A stretch of DNA of 63,984 nucleotides, the filler included, from Platydemus manokwari (lineage: Eukaryota): the NCBI GenBank assembly GCA_037951405.1. It is 5 parts of 5 records of this genome, joined end to end, with 100 filler letters (N's around TTAATTAATTAA, not from the genome) between each part and the next. Parts side by side here need not be neighbours in the genome. Positions count along the whole stretch, not along the records: positions 1 to 11,395 come from JBBMOY010706651.1; positions 11,496 to 24,745 come from JBBMOY011782505.1; 3 more parts are not named here. One strand, given 5' to 3'. The position numbers and the translations under genes were made by a program. Numbering within the stretch: the stretch's first letter is position 1; the number at the start of each line of letters is the position of its first letter. This document shows positions 1-13,087 of this stretch, in pieces. Below the pieces are notes generated by a model. It had not been told where the DNA came from, did no database searches, and saw nothing but the letters and a program-made list of their open reading frames with translations.

Positions 1-81
1 TATTATTTTTCTTATTATTATTATTGCTATTATTATTATTATTATTATTATTATTGTTATTATTATTGATATTATTATTAT
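1..81. repeat. Imperfect (ATT)n microsatellite
   Basis: Directly visible. Confidence 0.9.
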
Positions 82-475
82 ATTGCCTTTTGTCTCATTT
101 TACATTTCTCAATTCAGTCCATCCTGTATCAACAAATGAGTGTTGTTATCACCATTAATTCGTTTTTATTTGATTGTATTATGTTCTGCTATTTGCATTT
201 AATTTCCTTTCACTATATGATGGACTTGTTACAGTTTCTAAGTGCTAATCAACTTTCCCTACATTTGGTGTTTTAATTTTATCAATGATAACTTGGTTTG
301 ATCGATTATTTCGAGCTTATTTAAAAGAATATTTTCCATATCCGTTACTTTTATTTTATCAATATTCGGGTGTTTAATACTTTTTTCAAAACTAAGAAGG
401 CCATCAAGATCTTCATTAAAAAATCATAAATTTTTAAATTTCTAATTTCGAATATCATTTCATATAAATGATATT

Positions 476-900
476 TGGGGGAATTTTAAATTGAATTAGA
501 TTATTAAATATTTAATTTTATAAGATTTAATATAAAAATTTTTATAAAATTTGTTTAAATAATGGTATTTCAATAAAAATTTGATGTCGTGTCATTCGGT
601 TTGTTTTCGATGATTGTTTTATAAAGCAGAAGCCGTTTTACATGTCGACCACGCATCTGGATTCGTTTTTGAGAAGACCAATGTTTGAAAATTATGGAAA
701 ATGAGGATGTTTAGACGACATAGAGAATATATATGAAGACGATGTAGAGAAAATATATACAAGTTAGAAGAATTAGAGTTTTATATGTAGATAAATATAT
801 GTGATACAGTGTCAATTAACAATGCAAATAATATAAAAGATTTTAAAAAAAGATTAGTATGAACTTTATATTGAATTGAATTTTTAAGCACTTATTTTTA
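476..900 (+). mobile_element. TRIM-like miniature LTR retroelement, copy 1 (3' LTR truncated)
   Basis: LTR ~476-642 ends in TTTTACA. PBS-like TGTCGACCACG at 643-653. Internal ..GCATCTGGATTCG..GAGAAGA.., A-rich PPT at ~845-857, then the start of a second LTR. Homologous to 22433-23031 and 40131-40594. Confidence 0.7.
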
Positions 901-3900
901 TATAGTGACTTACACTATTCACAGGTTTATTTGAAACCTTCCTTTCAATAAACATGCAGAAAACCCCAAGAAATTTAAATGTCATTGCCATCTATTTTTT
1001 AAATTTAAAGATCAGTATTCTTAAAAATAACAAATCATTCCAAAAGTNNNNNNNNNNGTAGTTAATAGTTTGGATTACATATTAAGTACAGAGACTGCTA
1101 ATAAAATAGGGATTCCAAATCGATTATATTAATATATTTCTGAACAATCATATCCGATACCGACGACTCTATCATTCAACATACATACAGAACCACACAT
1201 ACATACATACACGACCACGCCTTCAAATCATATAAATGATATTTTGGATTTGTTTTATTAATATATATATAAATCCCCAAATCCGGGGTGGAGAGTCTTT
1301 GGAAATTTATTGGATGACATAATTATGCAACAGTTATTAGCAATATAATTTCCAAAATCTCCATTTGTTCTTGCTCCAATTGCCCCACATCCAATTTTAT
1401 TTTGGAATATAATAATTTTCACTCAAACCCAGAAATTCTGTACTTTAATGAACTTTAATTTGACTGCAATTTTAATTGTTTCATAGAACCACAAAATTTG
1501 AGCCGTAAATTATTATCGTAAACTCCATTAATGTAATTATTTTTTTTTCTCCAATAGAATTAAAAAGAAACTATGAAAGGAAGAAATAATTAAAATTTGA
1601 AATAAATTTTGGATTTTTGGTTTCAAATTAATAATTAATGAACTTAAATTCCATATGGGATTTTATTTGTATTGATTGAATTCTAATTTTAAGATTTTTT
1701 TAATTTCTAAATTTTTTTTAAAATTTAAAAATTTTATTTTTTTAAAAATTTTAAATTTTTCAAATTGTACTTCATTTAAGTAGAATCGAAGGCGAAAAAT
1801 GTAACAATATAAATAACTGCAATAAATTAAATTATTAATGTAATAAAAAAAGTAGTTGTATTCATTAAATAAAGAACTATCTGAATATAAAAAGAATTCT
1901 TTATGAATTCCCAATTCACCTGATATATTTAAAAAAATTGCTCATGTAAGCTACATCATACATCATCCACTCAAATTATCTTAATTTTGCTTAAGCTTCA
2001 TGACTCTTTTTCTAATAATCATACTGAAAAAATAAATCATTTATAATGAGAATCATCAATTAAGAACTCATTATCAATTTATACTGCAGTTAAAAGTGGA
2101 AATTATCTTTCATACGATAGAAGAAATCTTCTGAAAAATACGTCATTGAAAATCGAAGTCTTGTCTGGGAATATTTAATTGATTTTAGCCTGAATCCAAG
2201 TGGGCATTGTTAATTGCTGGCTCTTTCTATGAAAGATTCGATTCAGTTTCACAATAATTCTGTGAATAATAAATAACGGAAATCGATTTTTAGTTTTGCT
2301 TCAATACGATGATAACGTTGTCCTTCGTTTTAAAATTTTAATAAAATTTAGATTAAAGAGATCCCTTTGTACAATTTCTTTCATTATTGGTCAATCATTA
2401 ATAACTCCTTTTTTATAATACTTTTTTAATCGAGATTATTCTAAACACGGTTGGTTTTGAAAAAGGTCAGATTCAATTAAAATAACAATTTGCTTCAAAT
2501 AAGGAACTATAATATCAAAGGTATTTCGATTGATCTGATTCCAAAGATTGGTGCATATAATTAACGGTATGAGAGTAATTATTTATGAGGGTGTTAAAGT
2601 TCCTTGTGAAGTTTGCTTTGGAGTCTTGCTGATGCATCAGGCCTTGAAGGTAGCTAGATCTTAGATGTTATCGTAGACATTAGGAGCTTCAAGAGTTATA
2701 AAATTCTTTCATGTATTTAATAATTCATAGATAACATATAAAAGTTTGCCACTGATTTGGGACTTCAGGAAAGATCAACCTGGAAAACAGCCTTAGTAAA
2801 AGTAGTTATTTACTTCTCCTCTCTTTTATAAATTTCCCAGTTCACTATGTCGATTCATTAATTTCGAAACTTAGACATTATAGTTTTTATTTATTCATTT
2901 TTTTATTTTTATTTAAATTTTTTATCTTTTTTTGGTATGTTTATAATAATAGGTTTGACTTTATTAGTTATTTTTATCCACATTTCATCATTTATTCCAT
3001 CTCTGTCAGGTTTTTTAATTTATTTTCAGATTAAAGCAACTTCTCTTTGAGCTTTTGTTTACTAAAACAAAACATGTTCTCATTATAATTATCCTTACCA
3101 GGGTTTCGTGATTTGGTACTGAACAGTTTCGCATATATAACTCAATCTCACAATATTGGTATCATTTAAATTTATCAAAACTTGATAATAGTATGAACTG
3201 ATATGATGTTTACTTTGGTTCTGGAATCATTAGAATTTTATTGATTTTATTTTCCAATCCACACTGAATTTCTGTCAACGTTAGTAAAGCGTTTGTAAAA
3301 CTCAAAACACTGAGTACAAAAATATGCAAATCCTAAACCAAATCCTTTCATAATATATCTTGAATTATAATATCGAAGAATGATGGCATGATAATCCGCT
3401 GAAAATATTGAAAATAGAATTTGAATTTACTGGTTTTTTAACTGATTATGTAGAACTGGATTTTGTGTAGAATTTCTTACATATCAATATCATTCAAAAA
3501 GCCAAGTCAAAGAATATGGTCTGGAATAATTGTTGTATAAATATTTTTCTAATATTTTATCATCTTTTTTAAATTTTTCTTTTACTTTTACTCATACTAA
3601 TTCATTAATGTTTATTTTGTTGTTCCGAAATAAATGTAATAAAATACGATAATAGTTTTGCATTTCTTTATTTAAAGCTTTCATATTATACGTATTTTTC
3701 GTATTTTTTGCCTTAAATATTATTATTTTTATATTAGTAATAGCGATTAGAATATTAAATTTTTGTTTAGAATTAGCTCTGAAGAAAATCCTTCGCATGG
3801 TATGGGTGGGAATGATAGGCGTAGTAAACACTCATTTTTTGAATCTCACAATCAACGATTAACATCTGAACAGTAATAAACATTTACGTTGGGATTCCAA

Positions 3901-5196
3901 TCGGTAATGAAAGGAGATTTGAATCACTTACATGTCATTCGATATATACTTTCAAAGCATCAACTAAACTACTGAACGGCATATGTTGTCTGGCAAAGAA
4001 TGATTTCGGAAAAATTTAACCATTTTGTCCATTGAATGCGTTCAATTCCCAATGGGATTATTCTTTGATTTTTTTTATGGGGGATATTCGTTCTCAACTC
4101 TCGTAAGAAATTGATCAATTTCTTCCCATAACTGATTGTTGGCTCGAACATTATTAGAAATCGATGTTGGCCAAAAATTTGCAACGATTGTTTAAACTAC
4201 TCAAATTGGATTTCAATATTTGAAAACATTCTAACGAATTATTAATTGCAAATCAAACATCTATTTTCAGCTATGGAATTTGCCTTCCAGATCGAGATTA
4301 TTTTTCCAAAACTATTCATAGTGAAATTGCAAAACAGTTCCGAGTTTGATTTAAAACGCCCATTTGTAAATGCGATGGGATAAATATTTTCCAAATGGGA
4401 TATGTTTTCGTAATTGTTTGACATCGATAATTAAAAACGCTCTCCAGAAATTGAGGTCGACTTGGTGAATCGTTGGACTTTGTTGAGCTGATGATAATTA
4501 TTTGGAAAAATCAATAATTATCTTTATGTTTTTCTAAAATAAAAGAATGCCGCCCGATTTTTGAGTTTGTGCAATTTTTATAAATTATTATTTTATTTCG
4601 ATAATTATATTATTTATTGGTTATTTTTGTTTTACTAAAACAAAACATTTTTATTGGAATATAGATTTTTATTTGCAAAAATCAGAATTTCAAAGGGAAA
4701 ATTTTTATAAATCCATCGATAGGTTTTTATCATACATGATTCAAAAATTCACAGGCATTATTTTTGTAGTCAATGATTTTATAATTCTTTGTTTAAATAC
4801 AGATGCCACACGGTGCTCCAAAATGAAAAAAAACTGAAATTAAGATATCGATTTGTTCGTTTAATAATGGCTTATTTTATCTCCTTCCTGAAAAATATAT
4901 CTGTTTATTTTCATAACTAAAAATTAAATAAAATAGAATTTCTTCAATAACATTTTTATTTAATTTAAAAATACAAATGCTGGGTTTTTCGATGAGGTTA
5001 TGAAATGGTGCACTCATTTGAAAAGCGAGGCTAGAAAGATTCTCATAAAATCAGCTATTGGAAGATAATATGATCTGAATTGGAATTGAAATAATTTATT
5101 TAATGGTAAATATTGTTCACATTTTGTGGAAAAAAACTATTTAGTTGTCATGGTGACGTTCTGAGAAACTATGGATCTTTAAAATTAAAGACAAAT

Positions 5197-5677
5197 CGGC
5201 TACAGTTAAAAAAAGGGTCCTAAAATGAAATTTTAAATTTGTTGAGTGTATTGCAAAATTATATATAGTTTAGTTAATTATATTCTTTAAAAACATTTTG
5301 AATTTTTTTTATTTAAGTTATTAAGAAGAATTTTAGCTATTTGAGATCAAATATTAATTACAGTATAGCTTAAAAATCTCCTAAAATTTGATTATTTGAA
5401 AAAATGAGAAAAGTAGGTCGAATTGCAATTTATTGAAAATTAGCGAGGACCCATTTTTTACATTAGAAGCAAATTGAGAGATATTCTCAATTTTTACAAT
5501 TATTTTATAAAAATAAGCAATGATATTATTAAACATATCTGCAGTTAACAAACTTGAATTATACGAATAAATAAAAAGTAGCAGTTATATATAAAATTAA
5601 GTTATAAAATAATCTCATGCGCGAAAATTCATTATAAAAAAAGTAGGTCAACGGACCCTTTTTCTTAACTTAAGCCG
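5197..5677. mobile_element. Non-autonomous TIR element (MITE), Sola1-like
   Basis: Left TIR CGGCTACAGTTAAAAAAAGGGTCC; right TIR reverse complement CGGCTTAAGTTAAGAAAAAGGGTCC; 4-bp AAAT on both sides (AWWT TSD typical of Sola1). Superfamily is inferred from the TSD only. Confidence 0.75.
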
Positions 5678-8600
5678 AAATATTATTGGTTGAAATTAGT
5701 TACTAAAAATAAAATATTCGATTTAGTTTGAGAAGTAATCAAATATTCCATAATTCAGCTGAATTATTAAAAATTCGTATTAAATGTGGAAAATTCCAAA
5801 TTATTAAGAAATTAATATTAAGAAATTATAAGAAATTTTGATGAAAGATTAATTTATGATTTGTTATTTCAGAAGTATTGGTAAATTAGACAAGATACGA
5901 TTTTTAAATAATAAAAATGCCATTTAATTCCATAATTGTTTGTGTAATTTGAAAACCACGTTATTCAGAATATTTAAACAAATCGAATATCTAATTTAAA
6001 TAATAATAATTCCATTAAATATATCATTCTAATATTAATACAAACTAGGAAACAAGAATGATCAACAATTTGAATAAAATTGATAATGATAATTTCTCAC
6101 TCACCATTTATATTTCTGAAGTTTATTTTTATTCCAACAGAAATTGATTGTTTCCACGAACTTATGTTTTTTAAAATTATAAGAGTTATTTAATCAATTT
6201 TGAAAGCTAGTTAAGTGTATTTATACCAAAGGAAAACATTATTTTTGTACAACATTTATTATTGTAGTTTCGTTATTGAATTATCCATTCATCATTAGGA
6301 GCTATGGTAATGGTTAAAAATATTTTTTAATTTATTAAAATACAAATCCTTAAATATTTCAATGAACGGCTTGGGTGTTCATATCGAGATTAATTCTAAG
6401 TTGCACAAGTGCATACATATGCATTTCCCACTAGCCGTTTGAATTAATAAATATATATTATTTATGTTCCAGCCATATTAAAAGTAGAAAATTTTTTAAA
6501 ACATCACTTTATTTTCTCGTCGATGAAAGATTTAATTTCCCTTAAGATGGAGCGGTGCAGTGAAAATATAAATTTCAAAATAGCATGATCGGTTTTGTTT
6601 TGAAAAATGGATTTAGATCAATTTATGAATAAATCTCTCTTGTTTGTAATAATGATGAGCAAAGCAAATAATCACAATATTTTACAACTTCATTAACATG
6701 CAGTTTAAATTAGATTGCTAATTAATTGATTAGCTTTTCGATAAAAATACCTAATTTGTTGATTGTCTTAAATGAAATAGTCAGGCGAAGACCCTCTTAT
6801 GTAGCTTTACGTACAGCTTAAATTGGGAGTAAGTGTTTACCATTATGCAGATTTTTATTCTTATTTTTATTGTGAAGTTTTCCATCTGATAATTATAATT
6901 CTTCTAAAATTATGACAATTAAAATAAGAAAAATTACACTGCATCTTTTTTTGGTTTACTTTCATTTTCGTTAAAGAATTTTCATCTTTTCTGTTTCGAT
7001 TTTATTAATGGTATTGTAAGTCCAATTTGATTGGTGATTGAAGAAAATGAATTTTCTATTTATCGATTTATTATTGAATTTATTTCTTGTATTATCTTAA
7101 ATAGCTTTATTATTTTATATTGGATACTTGTTATATTTTATTATCGTATCTCATTCATATATGTTTGCTATATATTTCAACTGTTGGGTCCTCAAAAATT
7201 CATTAAAATCGGTCTCCAAAATACAAGGCAAATAATATATATTAATTATATTGTACAAAATATCAACCAAAACTTAACTTCACATCGATTTTTATATTCG
7301 CGATTTGTGTGTAATTTTTTGTGTCATCTTGTATCATATTTTGATTCGGTATTTACTTTTCGATGTTTCTATTGGCTTTTTAAGTTTTTGCATGAGTGGG
7401 ATTGGTCAATCCCTATATACGCATTGTCGTGTGACTATGCCCCTTTTTCCAATTGTCGTTTACCATCTAAGTTCACTATGATTGGTTGATTGCGATTATA
7501 GTTTTGTAGGCAAGAAAATGTTTAAAGTGCTTGAACAAAGGTTATAAGGCGCAAATCCGTTTTTTTGGAGCATTTCATCTCACTCAACACAACGTTCGCG
7601 TTGTTTTAATTGAAGATATACATTTTTAATATTTTGCCATTGATTTTTGGATTTTTTTCATGAGATGAGTTGTTTCAGTATTTCAAATTGAAGAATATAT
7701 TTTTGAATTTCTTAATTTTTTTCCAATTTTAATTTTATATTTAGTGACCGTAAATTAAAATAAAATTTATATCTTAGTAAAATTTTAAAAATAAAAATTT
7801 TAAAAATAAGGATTTATTATTTAAGCTATACAAAATCTTTATTCAGGCTCACATTTTTAAAATTTTCAATTTTAAAAAATATTTTCATCTAAAGAAAGAC
7901 AATTTTAAACGGAAAACATGAAGAGCATTTCTCCTGCACTACGAATGGCTTTTTCACTTCAAATTACATTTAATTATTTATAGATGTTTATTTTTTCAGT
8001 ATAATTATAACAGTAAACACCATGCAGAGTATAATGTTAAGGACTTTTTGAGATTAGTTTCGACCTGGGATTCACGATATATTTTACAAGATTACCGAGA
8101 ATAGCAAATATAAAAAATTAACAAGACCCAATCAGAAATTAATGTTATGTTTAATTATAATAAAATGAAAATCAATGGCATTTCGAAACGAATTACACAT
8201 AAGTTAATTAAATGATTCGATGGCTTCACAACAGAAATGATGGATTGAAAAAAAAGAAAAATAAAGATTACAATTTGTTATCATCATTCACTCGTTGTTC
8301 AATCGAACCGTAATCAAATTAATTCAATCCCAAAAACGGAGCCATTAATTATTTCATACAAAAGACAAATTCTTGAAGATCTGAACAAAGAACAAATACT
8401 AGACAGCGTTTGTCAGCCCATTTTCAATTACAGATCTCCACCGAACATTTTCAAATCAGTATGGAAATTTTCTTCCCATCAAATTGATAGTTGATGTAAA
8501 ATCAATCGATAACGAAAAGACCGTCAACGGAAATAGAAAGTTAATTAAGAAACAAATAAAAGGGAATATATTTGACAAATTGTCAGCACAGAAATTCAAG

Positions 8601-8755
8601 ATGAAATGAAATTAATTTTATTATTTATTGGGTAAACATGAGAGAAAACATTTCGTATTTTATCTCTCGTGATTTCTTGATTTAGTTTTGTGATATCGAT
8701 TTTTTATGGATATTTGTTTGATTTGAAACATTAAGGCCAAGTCTTAATTTTTAAG

Positions 8756-9791
8756 TGTTGCGTTTCAGGGTCTTTGGTTTATTTTAATTTATTACTATGG
8801 AACTTGGTTTATCGATATCTACGTCTTTATCGGTCTATAGAGTCCGTATGACTCTCAGATCGTACGTAATTAGACTTTATTTTAATGATGTTTCTTCGAT
8901 TTAACGTTCTCAACTTATGTAGAGATAAGTGAAACGGCTGTGACAACGATTTATTTAATTTAAACCTTACCAATGATTCTATTATTGTCTCAACGATGTT
9001 ATTGATTTTACTATCAGTCTCAATTGATCTAATAATGCATCAGAATAATTTCAAAAGGTGATGAATGATAATGAAATATTTAATGATGAATTTATGAATC
9101 CTATAAAAGCTAAATGAACATCATAACCAATTTTTAACACCAAAATATGTATTAGAATTATATATTATAAATATAATACTTTAATACGATTGAAATTTTA
9201 TTGCTGCTTATATACACATGAACAATGGAATTAATGTACAATTGAGGGAAGCACATCGTGGACCAATAAGACCCTCTGTGGCTCATTGGGTAAGAGTTTT
9301 TTCAAGAGGGTTTTTAAACTTACTCTCTATAAATAGGAAGAATATGCGATATATATATTAATATGTGATTTTAAAGGTATTATGTTACTGTTTGTTCTTG
9401 CAGTAGGAAATACTGGGCATATCCTAATCATAATCCCGTCAGTGAATGAACGTGAATGTTACGTATTTATGTAATTATTATTTCTTCTTATGTAATTATT
9501 ATTTAGGCAGTGGTGAGTCATTCGCAGATAATCTTTGCGAATTGTATTTAGTGCAGTGCAAATGCTCTTCAACTAAATGCATGGTAATTTATTTCATTTA
9601 ATGCATGAATATTATTATTTTCTAGCGGGATATTTTATTCGCTGTCGCGATAACTTATCCAAATTGATAATTTTATGGATAAATTCAATACGTGCATTGT
9701 TTTAATGAGTGAATGGTAATTTTAATGGAATTAATTTATTGCACGCGTGATCGTCTAACTATTGCTAGGTGCACAATATCTGATCACAACA
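8756..9791 (-). mobile_element. Solo LTR, family A, copy 1 (1036 bp)
   Basis: TGTTG...CAACA termini. Blocks such as GACTCTCAGAT, AGATAAGTG.AACGGC, ATCGTGGACCAA..A.ACCC and ATTGGGTAAG recur in reverse complement at 47440-48490. No clear TSD. Confidence 0.75.
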
Positions 9792-9799
9792 ATGTAATA

Positions 9800-10170
9800 T
9801 CACTCAAGTACTTCGAAATTCTTCACAACACTGAGAGATATATACAATTCCTGCAGAATATGATTTTAAACTTTCAAACAAAACTACCTGGTTGGGAAAT
9901 AGTCATTCAGCATAACAATGCCAAACCTCATGCAGCGCAATTATTTCGGCTTTGGCTTGAAGAAAGTCACGTGTCTCTATTATAGCAGCCGCCCTACTCA
10001 CTTGACACCAACTTCATGGATCGCCTTATGTTCAGGAACTACGAGTGCTGCCGACGTGGAAAAAATTTCAATAATTCAGTAAAGGTGAGCAACGATTTTC
10101 GCCAATTTTTGGAGTCAACATCGAAGGCCAAGCTTACAAGCGAGCTTCATAAGAATAAACGATAAATGGG
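9800..10170 (+). mobile_element. Mariner/Tc1 transposase C-terminal fragment
   Basis: IQHNNAKPHAA (cf. HDNARPH) ... LL*QPPYSLDTNFMD (cf. PPYSPDLAPSD). Confidence 0.75.
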
Positions 10171-11395
10171 TTGAGTTTCTTGGGTTTGAAGGTGAACATT
10201 CTGGAATATACTAGCTGATTCAATCAATATTTCCAAGGAACTCAAATATTATCACAAAAGGCGCCTATCTGAAATTGATGAGTGGAAACCATTACCATTA
10301 CACAGTTTTCGATTCATTAAATAATTAATCCACTAAATGCTACATTTTAAAAGCTATTTATATTATATTATTATAAAAAATATAACCGCAGAAACACTAA
10401 CTTTTCTGCTCTTTCTTGAATTTCAGAATTAATGTAAAAAGCAATGTGAAAATCTTTTACAAAATCCAATATTTAATTTTGATAATCGCGATATTTTCAC
10501 CATTAAGCTGAGATTTTCGATGAAGAAATAATGTTTGAAAAGCATTTTGGAATAAATCAAATTAAAGCAGATGGAGTTATTGACAGTAAATTTAAAATGT
10601 AAATAAAAAATAAAAAATTACAGATTTCTACGGTCAAATGGTGACTAATAGTCAAAAAATGGTCCTATCCGATACTGATCAGTATGTTACGATATTTATT
10701 GACAATAAATGCCAAAATTGTAATTATAATTTACAGAAAACCAAATCGTCAAACAACCACCGTGCGAATTCACTCTCTCAATAATCAATGAATAATCAAC
10801 ACAAGGCGTAATCAGCACCCGAAACTTTAACATTCACAAATATGACAACTATAAGCACTGGTTGTTAGAAAAATTACATTGGAGTCAAATAGATAAAAGT
10901 TAACGACCATAAAAACTGCCAGATTCTGGTGACATCCAAGTCCTTTAAAAGACTTATCATGTGTGTTCAATTGAATTTTCGAGGTTTAATTTTCCATTAG
11001 ACAAGGTCGCTTACATGTCAATTGATTATCAACTTCTAAATATAGATTGACATATAGGAAGCATCCGATGGGCTATTGGCATGAGGATTTATTGAATATG
11101 TGTGCATCGAACAATTGAAGGTTTTCTGACGGTTTCTGAGGATATTTACCTTGTTTCAATGATCTATTCAACAAGTGGAAAAGAGTAACAAACTGATATA
11201 AATATGGAATACAATTGTCAGTGAACCAATTAGTTATCATTGGATATAATGAAGCCATTACTCTCAAAAATTCATAATTACATAACCCTATGTAATTAAA
11301 ATATATAAATATATAAAATATATAACCCTTTTTATAAAATATATAAAAACATTGCATTGTATGATGAAATAGATGAAGTGCCATCATAGGGTGAA

Positions 11396-11495
11396 NNNNN
11401 NNNNNNNNNNNNNNNNNNNNNNNNNNNNNNNNNNNNNNNTTAATTAATTAANNNNNNNNNNNNNNNNNNNNNNNNNNNNNNNNNNNNNNNNNNNN
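11396..11495. other. Artificial scaffolding spacer (N44-TTAATTAATTAA-N44)
   Basis: Identical 100-bp structure recurs at 24746, 37227 and 54428; the core has stops in all six frames. Confidence 0.97.
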
Positions 11496-11570
11496 AAGTT
11501 CATTTTAAAGCGAGTTATAGTATTTTAAAGTATACGTTTACAAACGGCCATTATTTTCCCAACAACCTAA
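11496..11570. mobile_element. Mariner terminus at contig edge
   Basis: ...CGGCCATTATTTTCCCAACAACCTAA followed by TA (reverse complement TA|TTAGGTTGTTGGG..., a typical mariner TIR start), directly after a gap. Confidence 0.6.
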
Positions 11571-12629
11571 TAGTACATGCGTATCACTAATATGATTCAT
11601 TTTTATGTATTAAGTATTTTCATCTATATTCAATCATTTTGAAGAATTTTCGAAACATCTTTGAGAAAGAATCAATGTTGTAAAATGCTTATTAAGATCG
11701 TATTATTATCATTATATATTATCGTAGTTAAATAAATAAGATATCTTGTTTGGAGTTTAACCAATTCCAATCTTATCATATGGAAATAATGTAATTTTGT
11801 TTTAATCAATCATTCTGAAAATGTGAATAGGTGTTTTCAATAGTCTTGAATATTTTTGCAAACTATAAGAATTTTAGACATCAAAATTCATGGAACAAGT
11901 TACAAGTTTCGTTTAGTGGAGATTAGCATACATCAAATAAAGTTTGAATGAACGGATAATTTACAAAATGACTATAATATTGACATCTAGGTTAAGCTGC
12001 AGGAGCTTTTACTTTAAAATACAATTATTTCATTCAAGAATAAATCAGCTTTATATTAATTATATAATTTTAATACAAGCCTTTTTGATGGAAATGTACC
12101 TTTTTAATCTTTCTTATAATCGTTTTTATATATTTTGTTAGGTTTTCAGAAGAATTGAAGGTTGCAAAATTGCATTTTCACGTAAATCTTGCATGTATAG
12201 CATCGACGCCAATTAACATCGCTATACTTGGCTGTTGTCAAAAATGGATTCTCTATAATGTTCCCTCAAGCACTGTTAGATTTATTCATTTAATCAAATT
12301 GTTCTTGAATATTTTATTAATTTTTATATTTGATTTAAGTAAATTATTAATGATTTTCTGTTAGAATTTTCATAAGTTTATTTAAATTTTTAAATTAATT
12401 TTTAAAAGTTTGAGTTTTTACATTCTCGACAATTTTTTAATTTAAAATAGTTTCGTAACAGTTTTACTGACTGATTTTTTATTACTCTACCATCAAAAAG
12501 AATAATAAAAGAAGATAAATTCAAATAAAATCTGGACAACAGATATAGATGCCAAAGTTGATAGTAATAGTACTTAATCTATAACAATTATGGAAGTTAA
12601 TAAGTTTAATCACCGCCAAATTCAATCTT

Positions 12630-13009
12630 TTATTGTAAAAATTTCTTCGAATTACTGTTTTGATGTAGTTTATGACTTCTAATGACCTCCGTCTTTAATC
12701 CTTCTTCAACTTCATTCCAATGACTTGTTTCTTCCTCCCCACTTGATTTGTAACCTAAATTCAAGGAAAATAAATTGTTAAAACCATTTACTTAATTTTT
12801 AATAATTAATTTGTTTTTATTATCATTATGAAATAAGATTCAAGGCAAATTTAATTTCTTTAATAAATCAATATATCTTCTTCAGTTTGGGTCAATATTT
12901 ATGAGACATTGCACTAAAAATAAAACCATATAATAAAGTACTTATAATATCATGGACATGACTTTGGTGATATGTGGTGTTCGTTACAACCTTAAGGATA
13001 ATAAAACCA

Positions 13010-13087
<78 letters not shown>

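Noticed and set aside
1130-1270. Helitron-like 3' end with (ACAT)n tract
   Set aside because: No clear hairpin or CTRR terminus; adjacent to an N gap.
7031-7489. 152-aa hydrophobic plus-strand ORF (likewise 32846-33286, 40163-40435, 62603-62854)
   Set aside because: F/I/L/Y-rich shadow ORFs produced by T-rich strands of repeats; no domain motifs. The minus strand near 7400-7570 only faintly recalls a Ty3 integrase tail.
11440-11451. Palindromic TTAATTAATTAA recurring four times as a regulatory or recombination site
   Set aside because: Always centred in N runs of identical length; it is a six-frame-stop scaffolding linker.
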